A DNA stretch of 64,000 bases from an uncultured Phycisphaeraceae bacterium (lineage in GTDB: Bacteria > Planctomycetota > Phycisphaerae > Phycisphaerales > UBA1924): positions 35,240 through 99,239 of the forward strand of contig CAYMZJ010000008.1 in NCBI GenBank assembly GCA_964394895.1, read 5' to 3'. A program made the translations under genes and the position numbers. Shown here in pieces: positions 48,336-61,325 of this stretch. A model generated the notes under the pieces. The model searched no databases. It saw nothing but the letters and a program-made list of their open reading frames with translations, and was not told the origin of the DNA. How positions within the stretch are numbered: position 1 is the stretch's first letter; each line of letters starts with the position of its first letter.

Positions 48336-51300
48336 ATGACGCAGGATCAGTGCCCTTCAACACGCAAGGAGCGGCCGGTAGACCTCACCGCAAACGTCGG
48401 CACACCCTCCGGCAGGGCGTACTGGCGCAGCGTCGACGACTACTCCCAGACCGGCGAGTTCCGCGAGTTCGTCGAACGCGAGTTCCCCGGCGGCGCCTCT
48501 GAGCTCCTCGACACCTCACGCCGCGACTTCGTCAAGCTCATGGGCGCAAGCGTCGCACTCGCCGGCGCAGCCACCATCCCCGGCTGCCGACGCCCCGACC
48601 ACAAAATCATGACCTACTCGGCCGACGTTCCCGAGAACGTCATCCCCGGCAAGCCCCTCTTCTACGCCACCAGCATGCCCATCCCGGGAGGCGGCGCAGA
48701 AGGGCTCCTCGTCGAGACCCACGAAGGACGCCCCACAAAGGTCGAAGGCAACCCCCTCCACCCCAACAACCGCGGCCGATGCAGCCCCCACGCCATGGCC
48801 GGCCCGCTCACCATCTACGACCCCGACCGACTCATGTACCCGGTCTACCACAACCCCGCCCGAGGCCGCGTCGACGCCACATGGGACGACTTCAAAGCCT
48901 GGAGCCACGACCACCTCGAGCCCTACCGGGGCAACGGCAACGGGCTCGCGTTCCTGGTCGAGCCCAAGAGTTCCCCCGCGTGGGACGCCGCCAAAGCCAA
49001 GATCAGCAAAGAGTTCCCCAGCGCCCGCTGGGTCAGCTACCTCCCCGCTGGCAACGACGCTGCAAACGAGGGCGCGAGCCTCGCGTTTGGCTCTCCGATG
49101 CGCGAGGTCTTCGACTTCACCGACGCCCGCGTCATCGTCGCCCTCGACCGTGACTTCACAGCAGGCGAAGCCGGCGCGATCTCCAACGCCCGAGGCTTCG
49201 GCGCACGCCGCCGCGTCTGGAAGTCCACCGACCAGATGTGCCGCCTCTACGCTGTCGAACCGATGCACACCGGTGTCGGGATGCTCGCCGACCACCACGT
49301 CAGGCTCGCCCCCTCGCAGATCCCCGCCTTCGCCGTCGCTCTCGCCAAAGCGGTCCTCGCCAAGCGCGACAACGCGACACTCCGCGCCGCCCTCGCAGGC
49401 GTCGCAGGCGTCGCCGACCCCGACACTGCCGCCTTCGACGCCCTGCCCACCGCGACCAAGGGCCACACCTTCATCGACCTGCTCGCAGACGACCTGGTCA
49501 GCCGTGAACACCTGGGGCACTCGCTCATCGTCGCGGGCGACTCCCAGCCCGCCGCGGTCCACGCTCTGGTTCACGCCCTCAACGCCGCCCTGGGCAACGT
49601 CGGCAACACCGTCCGCTACGCCGAGGTCAAGGGTGATCTCGCCGCCCCCAGGCTCGCCGGCATCCGCTCGCTCGCCCGCGACATGGCCGCCGGCAGCGTC
49701 AAGACGCTGGTCTGCCTCAACGTCAACCCTGTCTTCGACGCCCCCGCCGACACCGACTTCGCCGCCGCGTTCGCCAAGGTCAAGCACACCATCTGCCTCT
49801 CGGTCGGCGCCAACGAGACCGCTGCTGCTGCGACATGGTCGCTCAACGGCGCACACTGGCTCGAGTCCTGGGGCGACACCACAAGCCACGACGGCACCGT
49901 CGCACCCACCCAACCGATGATCGCCCCGCTCTACGAGCCCGCGATGAGCGATATCGAGTTCCTCGCGTTCCTCGCCGGCGACGACAAAGCCGACGGGCAC
50001 GACCTCGTCCAGCACGCCTGGGCCCGGGTCATGGGCAAACGCACCACCGATCCGGAGTTCACCAGCGCCTGGCGGCTCGCGCTCCGCGACGGCTTCGTCC
50101 GCCTCTCCGGCGGCGACCTCGCGGTCCCCAAAGTCCAAGCCAGCAAAGTCGCAAACGCCCTCGCCAACACCCCCATGCACGAGGCGCCAAGCCAGACATC
50201 CCTCGATGTCGTCTTCGTCACCGGAAGCATCGGCGACGGCCGTTACGCAAACAACGGCTGGTTGCAAGAGATGCCCCAGCCCATCACCAAAGTCGTCTGG
50301 GACAACCCCGTCGTCATCAGCCCCGCCACCGCCCGGGCGCTCAACATCACACCCGACAGCTACACAAAACGCCAGCAGCCGCACGCGAGAATGGCAACCC
50401 TCTCCGTCGGCGGCCGCTCCATGCAGCTCCCCGTCTGGATCTGCCCGGGCATGGCAGACAACGTCGCGGTCGTCACCCTCGGCTACGGCCGTGAGACCGC
50501 CGGGCTCGTCGGCAACGGCGTCGGGTTCAACACCTACGCACTCCGAAACGCCGCCGACGGGATGACCCTCCGCAGCGCAACACTCGAACGCACCGGCAAG
50601 TCCTACCCCATCTCCAGCACCCAGAACCACTGGTCACTCGAAAGCCGCACCACGCTCGTCCGCTGGCTCGACAAGCCCGCGTGGGAAACCCACGCCGGCA
50701 AAGCCGAAGCGACCGATTCCCACGGCATCGTCCAGGATGTCTACGACACCGCCGGAGACGACAACGCCCTCTCGGTCGCCGAAAAGCTCGGCGAGTTCAT
50801 GCACACGCCCGCAAACCTCTCGCTCTACGAAAACCCCTTCAACGAAGGACGAGGCAACGCCGAGTCCGGCGCAGACTACGCAAAGGGGCCGCAGTGGGGG
50901 ATGACCATCGACCTGGCCTCCTGCACCGGATGCAGCGCCTGCACCATCGCCTGCCAGAGCGAAAACAACATCCCCGTCGTCGGCAAAAAAGAAGTCGCCA
51001 AAGGCCGCGAGATGCACTGGATCCGCATCGACCGCTACTTCGTGGGTGACCTCGACGAGCCCGAACGTGTCGTCAACCAGCCGATCGGCTGCGTCCAGTG
51101 CGAAAACGCGCCCTGCGAAACAGTCTGCCCCGTCACCGCGACCGTCCACGACCGCGAGGGGCTCAACATCATGGTCTACAACCGCTGCATCGGCACGCGG
51201 TACTGCATGAACAACTGCCCATACAAAGCGCGACGGTTCAACTTCTTCGACTATTCCCAGGCAAAGTTCAACGGCGGGCTCGATCCCAAGTACGTCCCCC

Positions 51301-51905
51301 AAGGCATCCGAGACGCCACCAACAACGCCGGCGCAGGAACCACCTTCAACCAGAACCTCATCCCCCCACGCCTCCGCAAAAAACTCGACGAGATTCAGCA
51401 CCTCGGGCAAAACCCCAACGTCACCGTCCGAGGACGAGGCGTCATGGAAAAATGCACCTACTGCCTCCAACGCATCAACAGCGCACGAGCCTCAGCAAAG
51501 GTCCAGGGGCTCGACACAATCCCCGAAGGCTACTTCCAGGTCGCCTGCCAGCAAGCATGCCCGACCGAGTCCATCGTCTTCGGCGATATTCTCGACCCAG
51601 AGAGTGCCGTCACCAAGACACGCACCAACCAACGCTCCTACCTCCTGCTCGGCTACATCAACACCAGGCCTCGCACCAGCCACCTCATGCGGATCAACAA
51701 CCCCAACCCCGCGATCACCGAGCCTGTCGATACCATCGCCGCGCACGGCGGCGGTGAACACGACGAAGGACACGCCGATCCCGCCGGCGAACACGGCGAC
51801 CCCCAGGACGCACACAGCTTCAGGGTCGATCCGACAAGAAAGTTCGAGGACGACGGCTACGCGCTGAGCCTCAACGTCCTTAGTGGCAATGGAGCCCACG
51901 CATGA
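48336..51905 (+). CDS. actB: Alternative complex III subunit B (fused B1 molybdopterin-oxidoreductase-like + B2 4Fe-4S domain)
   Basis: Tat-like N-terminus ([12 protein letters not shown]), MopB-like domain, C-terminal Cys clusters [29 protein letters not shown]. Confidence 0.9.
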   Translation: MTQDQCPSTRKERPVDLTANVGTPSGRAYWRSVDDYSQTGEFREFVEREFPGGASELLDTSRRDFVKLMGASVALAGAATIPGCRRPDHKIMTYSADVPENVIPGKPLFYATSMPIPGGGAEGLLVETHEGRPTKVEGNPLHPNNRGRCSPHAMAGPLTIYDPDRLMYPVYHNPARGRVDATWDDFKAWSHDHLEPYRGNGNGLAFLVEPKSSPAWDAAKAKISKEFPSARWVSYLPAGNDAANEGASLAFGSPMREVFDFTDARVIVALDRDFTAGEAGAISNARGFGARRRVWKSTDQMCRLYAVEPMHTGVGMLADHHVRLAPSQIPAFAVALAKAVLAKRDNATLRAALAGVAGVADPDTAAFDALPTATKGHTFIDLLADDLVSREHLGHSLIVAGDSQPAAVHALVHALNAALGNVGNTVRYAEVKGDLAAPRLAGIRSLARDMAAGSVKTLVCLNVNPVFDAPADTDFAAAFAKVKHTICLSVGANETAAAATWSLNGAHWLESWGDTTSHDGTVAPTQPMIAPLYEPAMSDIEFLAFLAGDDKADGHDLVQHAWARVMGKRTTDPEFTSAWRLALRDGFVRLSGGDLAVPKVQASKVANALANTPMHEAPSQTSLDVVFVTGSIGDGRYANNGWLQEMPQPITKVVWDNPVVISPATARALNITPDSYTKRQQPHARMATLSVGGRSMQLPVWICPGMADNVAVVTLGYGRETAGLVGNGVGFNTYALRNAADGMTLRSATLERTGKSYPISSTQNHWSLESRTTLVRWLDKPAWETHAGKAEATDSHGIVQDVYDTAGDDNALSVAEKLGEFMHTPANLSLYENPFNEGRGNAESGADYAKGPQWGMTIDLASCTGCSACTIACQSENNIPVVGKKEVAKGREMHWIRIDRYFVGDLDEPERVVNQPIGCVQCENAPCETVCPVTATVHDREGLNIMVYNRCIGTRYCMNNCPYKARRFNFFDYSQAKFNGGLDPKYVPQGIRDATNNAGAGTTFNQNLIPPRLRKKLDEIQHLGQNPNVTVRGRGVMEKCTYCLQRINSARASAKVQGLDTIPEGYFQVACQQACPTESIVFGDILDPESAVTKTRTNQRSYLLLGYINTRPRTSHLMRINNPNPAITEPVDTIAAHGGGEHDEGHADPAGEHGDPQDAHSFRVDPTRKFEDDGYALSLNVLSGNGAHA

Positions 51906-53497
51906 CCTCCTTTCACCCCGACAAGGTGACCGCAGAGCGGCTGACCGGAAACAAAGCCTCCACCGGGCCGCAACGACCGCCCAGAGACGACGGCACCCTC
52001 CTGGATGACCCGGCGATCCGCTCGCCGCTGGTCCTCAACAACCGCTCGCTCCACGACGTCACCGAGATCGTCTGCGGCTACACAGAAAACCCGCCGGGCA
52101 AGTGGTGGCTCCCGCTCTTCATGTTCACCGCCTCCGTCGCTGGCATCGGCACCCTCATGATCCTCTACCTGCTCATCACAGGAGTCGGTGTCTGGGGGCT
52201 CAACAACCAGGTCGGCTGGGCGTGGGATATCACCAACTTCGTCTTCTGGATCGGGATCGGCCACGCCGGGACGCTTATCTCCGCCATCCTCTGCCTCTTC
52301 AAGCAGAACTGGCGCACCGCGGTCAACCGCTCCGCCGAAGCGATGACTATCTTCGCCGTCATCTGCGCGGGCATCTTCCCGGGCATCCACGTCGGGCGTG
52401 TCTGGTTTATCTGGTACGTCTTCCCGATCCCCAACTCCAACACCATTTGGCCCAACTTCCGGTCGCCGCTCCTCTGGGACGTCTTCGCCGTCAGCACCTA
52501 CGCCACCGTCTCGCTCCTCTTCTGGTTCATGGGGATGATCCCCGACTTCGCCACACTCCGCGACCGCGCAGACAAACGCCTCCGCGCAGGCAGCGGCTCG
52601 AGCAAGCTCTCCGTCCAGCTTCCCGTCACAGGGACCACGCTCTTCTCCCTGCCTTTCAGCGCCGACGGAATCAGAGCCCTCGTCTACGGCTTCCTCGCCC
52701 TGGGATGGCGAGGGTCCAGCCGCCACTGGCACCGCTACGAAGCCGCATACCTGATCCTCGCGGGCGTCGCCACACCGCTGGTCCTCAGTGTCCACTCGAT
52801 CGTGTCGTTTGACTTCGCAACGAGTGTCATCCCCGGCTGGCACACCACCATCTTCCCGCCCTACTTCGTCGCCGGAGCCATCTTCGGCGGGTTCGCCATG
52901 GTCCTCTTCCTGCTCATCCCCGCCCGAGAGATCTACCCAAACTTCAAAGACCTCCTCACACTCCGCCACCTCGAGAACATGGCCAAGATCATCCTCGTCA
53001 CAGGAATGATGGTCGGCTTTGCCTACGCCATGGAGTTCTTCATCGCCTGGTACGGCGGCAACCAGTTCGAGGTCGACGCCTTCATCAACCGTGCCACCGG
53101 GCCATACTGGTGGGCCTACTGGACCATGATCTTCTGCAACGTCGTTACGCCACAGGTCTTCTGGAAACGCAGCATGCGCACCAGCCCACTGGTCATCTGG
53201 ACCGTCGCCCTCTTCGTCACCGTCGGCATGTGGTTCGAACGATTCGTCATCATCGTCTCAAGCCTCAACCGCGCCTTCCTCCCCGGCGAGTGGCACATGT
53301 TCTTCCCCACCCCGGTCGACATCCTCACCTTCGTCGGCTCCTGCGGCATCTTCCTCACACTCTTCCTCCTCTTCCTTCGCTTCCTCCCCATCTTCCCCCT
53401 CGCCGAGATCAAAGCCATCATGCCCCAGGGTGATCCCCACGGCCACAGCGGCGACCACGACCAAAGCGACAAAAACAACGCAGAAGGAGGGCACTAA
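51902..53497 (+). CDS. actC: Alternative complex III subunit C (NrfD/PsrC-like quinol-interacting membrane subunit)
   Basis: 10 TM NrfD-like topology; ATGA overlap with actB. Confidence 0.9.
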   Translation: MTSFHPDKVTAERLTGNKASTGPQRPPRDDGTLLDDPAIRSPLVLNNRSLHDVTEIVCGYTENPPGKWWLPLFMFTASVAGIGTLMILYLLITGVGVWGLNNQVGWAWDITNFVFWIGIGHAGTLISAILCLFKQNWRTAVNRSAEAMTIFAVICAGIFPGIHVGRVWFIWYVFPIPNSNTIWPNFRSPLLWDVFAVSTYATVSLLFWFMGMIPDFATLRDRADKRLRAGSGSSKLSVQLPVTGTTLFSLPFSADGIRALVYGFLALGWRGSSRHWHRYEAAYLILAGVATPLVLSVHSIVSFDFATSVIPGWHTTIFPPYFVAGAIFGGFAMVLFLLIPAREIYPNFKDLLTLRHLENMAKIILVTGMMVGFAYAMEFFIAWYGGNQFEVDAFINRATGPYWWAYWTMIFCNVVTPQVFWKRSMRTSPLVIWTVALFVTVGMWFERFVIIVSSLNRAFLPGEWHMFFPTPVDILTFVGSCGIFLTLFLLFLRFLPIFPLAEIKAIMPQGDPHGHSGDHDQSDKNNAEGGH

Positions 53498-53500
53498 GCC

Positions 53501-54112
53501 ATGGTGATTACCGACCTTCTCGCTGACTACGCGCCGTTCCTGTTCTCGCGCAAAGCCAAGTACGCTACCGAGACCGGCGAGCCCATCTGGGGCGTCATGG
53601 CACAGTTCGATGACGTTGTCAACGCCTACCGCGCCGCAGAGAAAATGCGCGATGCCGGATTCAAACACTGGGACCTCCACGCCCCATTCCCGATCCATGG
53701 CATCGAAGAAGCCATGGGCATCAAACGCACCATCCTCCCCTTCATCGTCTTGGGCGCAATGTTCACCGGCGTCGCCGTCGCCGCCGGCATGCAGTGGTGG
53801 ATCACCGCTGTCGACTACACAGGGTTCACCGTGCAGGGCAAGCCCTACGGCGCCTGGCAGCCGTTCGCGATGATCATCTTCGAGATCGGTGTGCTCTTCA
53901 GCGCGTTCGCCTCCCTCTTCGGGATGCTCATGCTCAACGGCCTGCCCCGCTGGAACCATCCGCTGTTCTGCAAAGACCGATTCCTCGACTCATCCGACGA
54001 CAAGTTCTTCGTCGTCGTCGAGGCACGTGACCCGAGTTTCAACCCCGAGCAGACGAGCCGATTCCTCCGAGAAATCGGCGCGACGGCCGTCGAACTGGTG
54101 GAGGACGCATGA
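53501..54112 (+). CDS. actD: Alternative complex III subunit D (DUF3341)
   Basis: Conserved ActD N-terminus YGVMAQFDD...A, two TM. Confidence 0.85.
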   Translation: MVITDLLADYAPFLFSRKAKYATETGEPIWGVMAQFDDVVNAYRAAEKMRDAGFKHWDLHAPFPIHGIEEAMGIKRTILPFIVLGAMFTGVAVAAGMQWWITAVDYTGFTVQGKPYGAWQPFAMIIFEIGVLFSAFASLFGMLMLNGLPRWNHPLFCKDRFLDSSDDKFFVVVEARDPSFNPEQTSRFLREIGATAVELVEDA

Positions 54113-54939
54113 GCCGTCGCATGACACATGGAATCCGGGTGTTCACCGTCGGTGCCCTCGCAGCACTCGCGGCCGTTCCCCTGACCGGGTGCCGGGGCGA
54201 TCGCTCCGACAAGCCCCCGCGCCAGTTCTTCCCCGGCATGGACGATCAGCCCAGGTGGAAGCCGCAAGCAGAGTCCGAGTTCTTCGCCGACGGCCGCACC
54301 ATGCGCAAGCCTGTCCAAGGCACCATCCCCTTCGGCACCACCGCGATGGTCTCCACCGCGCCCTGGGCAGAGCCCTTCAACGCCAAACGCGAAGAGTTCC
54401 TCGCCGCAGACTCCGCACGCTACGAGGGCGTCGACGAAGAGACCGGCGACTTCATCACAACCATCCCTATCCCCGTCACCTCCACAATGCTCAGTCTCGG
54501 GCAGACCAAGTTCAACATCTACTGCGCCGTCTGCCACGGCTACAACGGCGAAGGCTCCAACCCCGCGCTCGACCCCGAACTCGGCAGCATGGTCGGCCGA
54601 CGCTGGTCCATCCCCGTTGCCAACCTTCACGATCCCAAGTTCCGCGAGGGCGGCGAGTTCGGGCGGGTCGGATACATCTACTCCATCGTTCGGGACGGCA
54701 AGGGCGTCAAGCCAGGCCAGACCATGTCCGGCTACGCCTACGCGCTCGACTCCAACGAAGCATGGGCGGTCGTGGCCTACGTCCGGGCCCTCCAGCGGGC
54801 CCAGCAAGGGACACTCGGTGACGTCCCCGAATCCGAGCGGTCCGTGCTCGGGGCGCCGCCGCCGCCACCAGTTGTAGAACCCCAACCCGAGGGCCAGTCA
54901 GGGACCGATGCCGCAGCGCCAGCCGGGGGTGAGTCATGA
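54109..54939 (+). CDS. actE: Alternative complex III subunit E (monoheme cytochrome c lipoprotein)
   Basis: Lipobox LTGC, single CAVCH heme motif. Confidence 0.85.
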   Translation: MSRRMTHGIRVFTVGALAALAAVPLTGCRGDRSDKPPRQFFPGMDDQPRWKPQAESEFFADGRTMRKPVQGTIPFGTTAMVSTAPWAEPFNAKREEFLAADSARYEGVDEETGDFITTIPIPVTSTMLSLGQTKFNIYCAVCHGYNGEGSNPALDPELGSMVGRRWSIPVANLHDPKFREGGEFGRVGYIYSIVRDGKGVKPGQTMSGYAYALDSNEAWAVVAYVRALQRAQQGTLGDVPESERSVLGAPPPPPVVEPQPEGQSGTDAAAPAGGES

Positions 54940-56216
54940 GTCAGATCGGTGCAGAGTCCTACGAACAGATCATGGCCGGCGTCGCCGCCGACCCCCGCAT
55001 GGCAGAGGACAACGTCTCGGCCCCCGCCGGTGCCGCAGCCTCGCTGTCACGCCTGCTCCTCGGTGTCGGTGCCGCCGGGCTCGCGATCACCCTCGTCGGC
55101 GGCTTCGTCCTAGGCGCACAGCACGCCCTGGCGTCCTACGTCGTCGCTGTCGGTTCGGTCCTGGCCGCTTCCCTCGGCGCCCTGTTCATGCTCATGATCT
55201 TCCACCTGGTCAACGCCGGCTGGGTCGCAACCACCCGCAGGCAGTTTGAGAACCTCGCCAGCCTCGCCCCCGTCGCCCTCCTGCTCATACTCCCGGCGCT
55301 GCTCATCGACCTGGTCGTCACCAAGGGGGCGCTCTGGGAATGGATGAACCCCGAAGCAGCCGCAAACGACTTCCTCATCGGCCAGAAAGCCGCCTACCTC
55401 AATCCCGTCCGCCTGCTGGTCTTCTTCGTCCTCTACTTCGCGCTCTGGGGCGGCGTCTCCCACCGGCTCCGCGCCCTCAGCGTCGAGCAGGACCGCACCG
55501 GCGACCGCTTCCTCACCATGAAAGCACGGTTCATGAGCGCCTGGGCCCTGCCGCTCACCGCACTCACAATCGCCTTCGCCGGCTTCGATTACTTCATGAG
55601 CATCCAGCCCCACTTCTTCAGCACCATGTGGGGTGTCTACATCTTCGCCGGCGGGGTCTGCGCCGCCGTCGCGATCGTCATCCTCACCTTCTGCTTCCTC
55701 CAACTCGTCGGCCGCATGCAGGGGCTCGTCACCGCAGAGCACTACCACGACCTGGGCAAACTCCTCTTCGCGTTCTGCTGCTTCTGGGCCTACATCGGGT
55801 TCAGCCAGTACTTCCTCATCTGGTACGCAAACATCCCCGAAGAAACCTTCTGGATGCTCGAACGCACCACCGGCGCGTGGAGAGGCACCGCGATCTTCCT
55901 CGCCGTCGGCCACTTCGCAATCCCCTTCTTCTTCCTCATGCCCCGCACCGTCAAGCGGCGACCCCTCTTCATCGGGATCGGGGCCGCCTGGGTCCTCTTC
56001 ATGCACGTCATCGACTACGTCTGGATCATCCGTCCCGTCCTCCACCACGGCGGAAACGCACCCACCCCCGCCTCATGGTGGCTCGATATCGCTGCCATCG
56101 TCGGTGTCTTCGGCATCTTCTTCGGGCTGTACGTCATCCGGCTCGGGTCGGTCTCACTCACCCCCATGCGGGACCCCAAACTCCCCGAAGCATTGAAGCA
56201 CAAAAACTACGTCTGA
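54936..56216 (+). CDS. actF: Alternative complex III subunit F (NrfD-like membrane subunit)
   Basis: Polytopic membrane protein homologous in topology to ActC; overlaps actE stop. Confidence 0.85.
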   Translation: MSQIGAESYEQIMAGVAADPRMAEDNVSAPAGAAASLSRLLLGVGAAGLAITLVGGFVLGAQHALASYVVAVGSVLAASLGALFMLMIFHLVNAGWVATTRRQFENLASLAPVALLLILPALLIDLVVTKGALWEWMNPEAAANDFLIGQKAAYLNPVRLLVFFVLYFALWGGVSHRLRALSVEQDRTGDRFLTMKARFMSAWALPLTALTIAFAGFDYFMSIQPHFFSTMWGVYIFAGGVCAAVAIVILTFCFLQLVGRMQGLVTAEHYHDLGKLLFAFCCFWAYIGFSQYFLIWYANIPEETFWMLERTTGAWRGTAIFLAVGHFAIPFFFLMPRTVKRRPLFIGIGAAWVLFMHVIDYVWIIRPVLHHGGNAPTPASWWLDIAAIVGVFGIFFGLYVIRLGSVSLTPMRDPKLPEALKHKNYV

Positions 56217-56270
56217 CACCCCCGGACGCGGCCCGACCGCGCCCGTCTCACAGACAACCCCGAGGCCGGC

Positions 56271-56684
56271 ATGACCACACACTCACACGACGATCACACA
56301 CCGAGCAAGCCCGTCGAACTCGACGCCTGGCATCAGCACCCCCCCGAAGACGGCGTGCCCCAGACCGAGCACGGCTCGCACGCCAATATCACCGTGCTGC
56401 TCGTGACCTTCGTCACCATCACCGTCGCGACCGTCGCCTTCAGCGTCATCATCGCCGTCTACGCCATCAACCAAATGAACAATCTCATCACCGAACGCGA
56501 GATGCAGGGGCTCGCCGCAGTCGCCCCAGAAGCCGCGGCATACAAGCAAAACGCCCTCGCCGCACAGGCCGGCTACAGCTGGACCACCGACGGCGCCGTC
56601 AAGCTCCCCATCGAACAAGCCATGCAACTCGTGCTTCAAGAAAACGGCAGCACCACCCACCAAGAGGAAACGCCCAAGCCGTGA
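56271..56684 (+). CDS. Hypothetical small single-TM protein in ACIII-cox junction (possible ActG-like accessory subunit)
   Basis: His-rich N-terminus, one TM helix, GTGA coupling to downstream sco. Confidence 0.5.
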   Translation: MTTHSHDDHTPSKPVELDAWHQHPPEDGVPQTEHGSHANITVLLVTFVTITVATVAFSVIIAVYAINQMNNLITEREMQGLAAVAPEAAAYKQNALAAQAGYSWTTDGAVKLPIEQAMQLVLQENGSTTHQEETPKP

Positions 56685-57628
56685 CAACACGCCGCCACAT
56701 CCCGTGGACCAGCCTCTTCGCCGCGATCGCACTTGCCGCCTGTGCGCAGCTGTCGCTCGCCCAGCCCGGCGGCCCTCTCCCCGAGATCGGCGCCGCCGGC
56801 AGCTCCAACGAGATCCCCGCCCAGCAGGAGGGCGTCGAAGTCGTCGAACGCCTCGGCCAGCAGATCCCACTTGACCTGCCCTTCCTCAACGCAAACGGCG
56901 ACCTGGTCAGCCTCCGCGACTTCTTCACCGACGATCGGCCAGTGATCCTCGCGATGGTCTACTACGACTGCCCCGTCGTTTGCGGCATCGTCATGGGCAA
57001 GCTCACCGAAGCGTTCAAAGGCATCGACTTCGACATCGGCAAAGACTACAACGTCGTCTTCGCAAGCATCGATCCCTCCGAAACCCCGACCCTCGCCGCT
57101 TCGGTCAAGGGCAAATATCTCGCCTCCTACGCCAGAACCGACGACGCAAACGCCGTCGAGGGATGGTCCTTCCTCACCTCTCCCGCCGACAGCTCACGCA
57201 CGGTCGCCAAAGCCCTCGGCTGGGAATACAAGCCCGTCACCGGCGGCGAGTTCAGCCACCCCGTCTGCATCTTCGTCCTCACCCCCGAGGGCAAAGTCGC
57301 CCGCTACGTCTACGGCGTCGGCTACGAACCAGAAACCATGCGAATGGCACTCCTCGAAGCCTCCGAAGGAAAGGTCTCCAAGTCCATCGGTGACAAAATC
57401 AGGTTGTTCTGTTTCAGGTACGACCCGACAACCGGCAAGTACGCACTCGCGGCGTTCCGCGTGGTGCAGTTGGGCGGGGTCCTCTCGGTGCTCACCATCG
57501 GGAGTCTCGTCGGAGTCATGCTGATGAGGGAACGCAGACGCACCCGCCACCTCCGTGACGCCGGGCCCTCGCCCCTCGCCGCCGCGCAAGACTCGCAAGC
57601 TCAGACACTCTCGGGATCGAAGACATGA
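56681..57628 (+). CDS. sco: SCO1/SenC copper chaperone for cytochrome oxidase CuA assembly, with C-terminal TM
   Basis: Thioredoxin-like CxxxC motif YYDCPVVC, conserved His in SHPV region; GTG start overlapping upstream stop. Confidence 0.8.
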   Translation: MTTRRHIPWTSLFAAIALAACAQLSLAQPGGPLPEIGAAGSSNEIPAQQEGVEVVERLGQQIPLDLPFLNANGDLVSLRDFFTDDRPVILAMVYYDCPVVCGIVMGKLTEAFKGIDFDIGKDYNVVFASIDPSETPTLAASVKGKYLASYARTDDANAVEGWSFLTSPADSSRTVAKALGWEYKPVTGGEFSHPVCIFVLTPEGKVARYVYGVGYEPETMRMALLEASEGKVSKSIGDKIRLFCFRYDPTTGKYALAAFRVVQLGGVLSVLTIGSLVGVMLMRERRRTRHLRDAGPSPLAAAQDSQAQTLSGSKT

Positions 57629-58728
57629 ACACGTGCGCATTGACACTCGCCCAGCAAACCAGCTGGCTGACAAAGAAAATCTTCGGTGCCCCGGGTGCGA
57701 GCGAGCTCGCCCGCGAGTCCGACAGCATCTTCATGTGGATCTTCTACTTCAGCCTCTTCTGGTTCATCCTCCTCATGGGGCTCATGATCTACTGGGTCAT
57801 CAAGTACCGACGCCGCCCGGGCGTCCCCATCCAACGCACCCCACACCACAACACCAATCTTGAGCTCGCCTGGACCATCCTCCCCTCCCTCTTCCTCGGC
57901 TACATGTTCTACATGGGGTTCCAGGCCTACATCAAGCAGGTCATCGCGCCCACCAACGCCGAGGTCATCGACGTCCGAGGCAGCAAGTGGACGTGGACCA
58001 TCACCTACGCCAACGGTGTCAACCCGCCGGAGATGACCGAGATCGGTGGCAACCCACTAGCGCCCATCATCTACATCCCCGTTGGTCGCCCCGTCCAGTT
58101 CCGAATGACCAGCAGCGACGTGCTCCACAGCTTCTGGATCCCCGACTTCCGGTTCAAGCAGGACCTCATGCCAAACCGCTACTCCAGCTTCTGGATCGAA
58201 GCAGAAAAACCGGGTGACCACTACCTCTTCTGTGCCGAGTACTGCGGCGACAAACACTCCGAAATGAACGCCATCATCCGCGCCATACCGGCCGACGAAT
58301 ACGACGCTCTCCTCCAGAAATGGTTCGACGAGACCGGCGGCCTCACCCCGGTCGAACGCGGCAAACGCCTCGTCGAGTCCAAGGGTGGCTGCATCGCATG
58401 CCACTCCCTCACCGGGGCGCCCGGAGTCGGCCCCACCTGGCTGAACGCATGGGGGTACGAGGTTAAGCTCGCCGACGGCACATCCATCCCCGCAGACGAT
58501 CCGGACGCCTGGGACAACTACATCCGCGAATCGATCGTCAACCCCAACGCCCAGCTTCACGCGGGCTACCCACCATTGACGATGTCCACGTTCGCGGGCA
58601 CTTTTAGCGAAGAAGAGCTCGGCTTCATCGGCGAATACATCAAGTCGCTCAGCGACAAAGCACCCGCCGGCGAAATCCCCGCCGAAGACAGCCCCGCCGA
58701 AGACAGCCCCGAAGAACCGGAAAGCTGA
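57625..58728 (+). CDS. coxB: Cytochrome c oxidase subunit II with fused C-terminal cytochrome c domain (caa3-type)
   Basis: CuA motifs HSFWIP and [12 protein letters not shown]; CIACH heme c motif. Confidence 0.9.
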   Translation: MNTCALTLAQQTSWLTKKIFGAPGASELARESDSIFMWIFYFSLFWFILLMGLMIYWVIKYRRRPGVPIQRTPHHNTNLELAWTILPSLFLGYMFYMGFQAYIKQVIAPTNAEVIDVRGSKWTWTITYANGVNPPEMTEIGGNPLAPIIYIPVGRPVQFRMTSSDVLHSFWIPDFRFKQDLMPNRYSSFWIEAEKPGDHYLFCAEYCGDKHSEMNAIIRAIPADEYDALLQKWFDETGGLTPVERGKRLVESKGGCIACHSLTGAPGVGPTWLNAWGYEVKLADGTSIPADDPDAWDNYIRESIVNPNAQLHAGYPPLTMSTFAGTFSEEELGFIGEYIKSLSDKAPAGEIPAEDSPAEDSPEEPES

Positions 58729-58768
58729 GCAACACTCCCCACAGATGTTCGGTGGGAGCGAGAACACC

Positions 58769-60526
58769 ATGACCACAACAGCAACAGATACCGGGCACGA
58801 CAGCCACCACGACGAAGGCTCATACCTCACCCCACACAAGGACGGGGCCTTTGCCACCATCATCCAGTGGGCAACCACAATCGATCACAAAAAGATCGGG
58901 ATGATGTACCTCTTCACCGTCCTGGGCATGTTCATGCTCGGCGGGGTCGCCGCACTCCTCATCCGCGCAGAGCTCTGGGAACCAACCCGAATCCTCGCCG
59001 ACGGCACAATCACCGGACAGCTCTTCCAGTCCGACTCCACCTCCGGATACCTCACCTACAACCGACTCTTCACCATGCACGGCGCCGTCATGGTCTTCCT
59101 CGTCATCGTCCCCGGCGCGCCCGCGACCCTCGGCAACTTCCTCCTGCCCCTCATGCTCGGCGCAAAGGACGTCGCCTTCCCAAGGCTCAACCTTCTCAGC
59201 TGGTACATCTACGTCCTCGGTGCCGTCTTCGCAGTCATGAGCCTCATCAACACCGGCGCAGACACCGGATGGACCTTCTACACCCCATACAGCTCATCAC
59301 ACGCCGGCAACACCTACGGCAACATCGTCATGATGACGACCGCCGCATTCATCCTCGGCTTCAGCTCAATCCTCACCGGCCTCAACTTCATCGTCACGAT
59401 CCACAAGCTCCGCTGCCCCGGCATGGGATGGTTCGACATGCCCCTCTTCGTCTGGGCGATGTACGCAACCAGTATCATCCAGGTCCTCGCAACCCCCGTC
59501 ATCGGCATCACCCTCCTGCTGCTTATCTTCGAGAGGGTCTTCCACGTCGGCATCTTCGACCCCGCCCTGGGAGGAGACCCCGTCCTCTTCCAACACTTCT
59601 TCTGGTTCTACTCACACCCAGTCGTCTACGTCATGATCCTGCCCGGCATGGGTATCGCGACCGAACTCATCGCGGTCCACTGCCGCAAACCAGTCTTCGG
59701 CTATCGAGCCATCGCGTTCGCGTCACTCGGCATCGCCGCGGTCGCGTTCCTCGTCTGGGGGCACCACATGTTTGCCTCCATGGGCGAGCTCGCCAACGCC
59801 GTCTTCAGCGCCCTCACATTCTTCGTCGCCATCCCCACAGCCGTCAAAGTGTTCAACTGGATCGCCACCCTCTACAAGGGCTCCATCGCGCTGAACACAC
59901 CAATGCTCTACGCCCTCAGCTTCCTCTTCCTCTTCCTCATCGGCGGCCTCACCGGGTTCCCTCTCGCCACCCTCGCCACCGACATGCACCTCCACGATTC
60001 ATACTTCGTCGTCGCACACTTCCACTACGTCATGATGGGAGGCACCGTCATCGCGTTCGTCGGCGGCGTCCACCACTGGTGGCCCAAAATGACCGGCAAG
60101 ATGTACACCGAATGGGTCGGTATCGTCGGCTGCCTCCTCGTCTTCGTCGGGTTCAACGTCACCTTCTTCACCCAGTTCTTCCTCGGTCTCCAGGGCATGC
60201 CCCGACGCTACGCCAGCTACATCGACGAGTTCCAACTCCTCCACCAGATCTCCACGGTCGGCGCCTTCACCCTCGGCATCGGGTTCTTCATCCAGCTCGG
60301 CAACTTCATCCACTCACTCATCGCTGGCAAAAAGGCACCCCCAAACCCGTGGGGCGGCCTCTCACTCGAGTGGTACGTCGAAAGCCCCCCCAGCGAGCAC
60401 AACTTCCACTCCGAGCCCATCCTCACCCACGGCCCGTACGACTACGAAGACGTCTACCCCCCGCACTGCGACCCCGCCGACTTCCCGCTGCCCGAACCCA
60501 AACCCGAGGGCAACGCCGCCCACTGA
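58769..60526 (+). CDS. coxA: Cytochrome c oxidase subunit I
   Basis: Heme-copper oxidase signature (WFFGHPEVY-like [15 protein letters not shown]), 12+ TM. Confidence 0.95.
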   Translation: MTTTATDTGHDSHHDEGSYLTPHKDGAFATIIQWATTIDHKKIGMMYLFTVLGMFMLGGVAALLIRAELWEPTRILADGTITGQLFQSDSTSGYLTYNRLFTMHGAVMVFLVIVPGAPATLGNFLLPLMLGAKDVAFPRLNLLSWYIYVLGAVFAVMSLINTGADTGWTFYTPYSSSHAGNTYGNIVMMTTAAFILGFSSILTGLNFIVTIHKLRCPGMGWFDMPLFVWAMYATSIIQVLATPVIGITLLLLIFERVFHVGIFDPALGGDPVLFQHFFWFYSHPVVYVMILPGMGIATELIAVHCRKPVFGYRAIAFASLGIAAVAFLVWGHHMFASMGELANAVFSALTFFVAIPTAVKVFNWIATLYKGSIALNTPMLYALSFLFLFLIGGLTGFPLATLATDMHLHDSYFVVAHFHYVMMGGTVIAFVGGVHHWWPKMTGKMYTEWVGIVGCLLVFVGFNVTFFTQFFLGLQGMPRRYASYIDEFQLLHQISTVGAFTLGIGFFIQLGNFIHSLIAGKKAPPNPWGGLSLEWYVESPPSEHNFHSEPILTHGPYDYEDVYPPHCDPADFPLPEPKPEGNAAH

Positions 60527-60556
60527 CCCGCTCAACCGCGAGCCACGGACACAATC

Positions 60557-61246
60557 ATGTCGACCATAGATTCACAAACCAGAGTCAGCGAGCCCGTTCA
60601 GCCCGGGTGGAAGCGGTACAAGTTCGCCGACCATTTCCGGAACGCCGAGGACGAGTTCGACGCCTGCAAACTCGGCTTCTGGCTCTTCCTCGCCACCGAG
60701 GTCCTCCTCTTCTCCGGGCTCTTCTGCACCTACGCCATGTTCCGGGTCAAATACCCCGAAGCATTCGCCGCCGGCTCGCACCACCTCAACGTGTGGTACG
60801 GCGGCGCAAACACCCTGGTCCTCCTCGCCTCCAGTTTCACCGTCGCCATGGCCATCCGCTGCGCTCAGCTCAACAACCAGAAATGGTTGCGCATCAATCT
60901 CATCATCACCATCATCTGCGCCTTCCTCTTCTTCTTTATCAAACTCACCTTCGAGTACATCCCCAAGTGGGGCGAAGGCATCCGACCCGGCCTCCTCTAT
61001 TCCAACCCCTTCGCGGGGGATCCGATGGAGCCGACATGGTGGAGCATCTACTACGCCGCCACAGGAATCCACGCACTCCACGTCCTCATCGGCGCCGGCC
61101 TCCTCATCTGGTGCCTTGTCCGCTCCTTCCGCACCACCCAGTACGGCCCGACCCACTACACCATGCTCGAAAACTCCGGCCTCTACTGGCACCTCGTGGA
61201 CGTCATCTGGATTTTCCTCTTCCCCCTGCTCTACCTGATCCACTAA
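60557..61246 (+). CDS. coxC: Cytochrome c oxidase subunit III
   Basis: Subunit III family pattern (LGFWLFLATEVLLFSGLF, YWHLVDVIWIFLFPLLY). Confidence 0.9.
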   Translation: MSTIDSQTRVSEPVQPGWKRYKFADHFRNAEDEFDACKLGFWLFLATEVLLFSGLFCTYAMFRVKYPEAFAAGSHHLNVWYGGANTLVLLASSFTVAMAIRCAQLNNQKWLRINLIITIICAFLFFFIKLTFEYIPKWGEGIRPGLLYSNPFAGDPMEPTWWSIYYAATGIHALHVLIGAGLLIWCLVRSFRTTQYGPTHYTMLENSGLYWHLVDVIWIFLFPLLYLIH

Positions 61247-61325
61247 AACCATCGCCCACGCCCCGTACCACCCGCACCACACCCCGCATCACGCCGACCA
61301 GCAAACCAGTCCAAGGACCGACGCA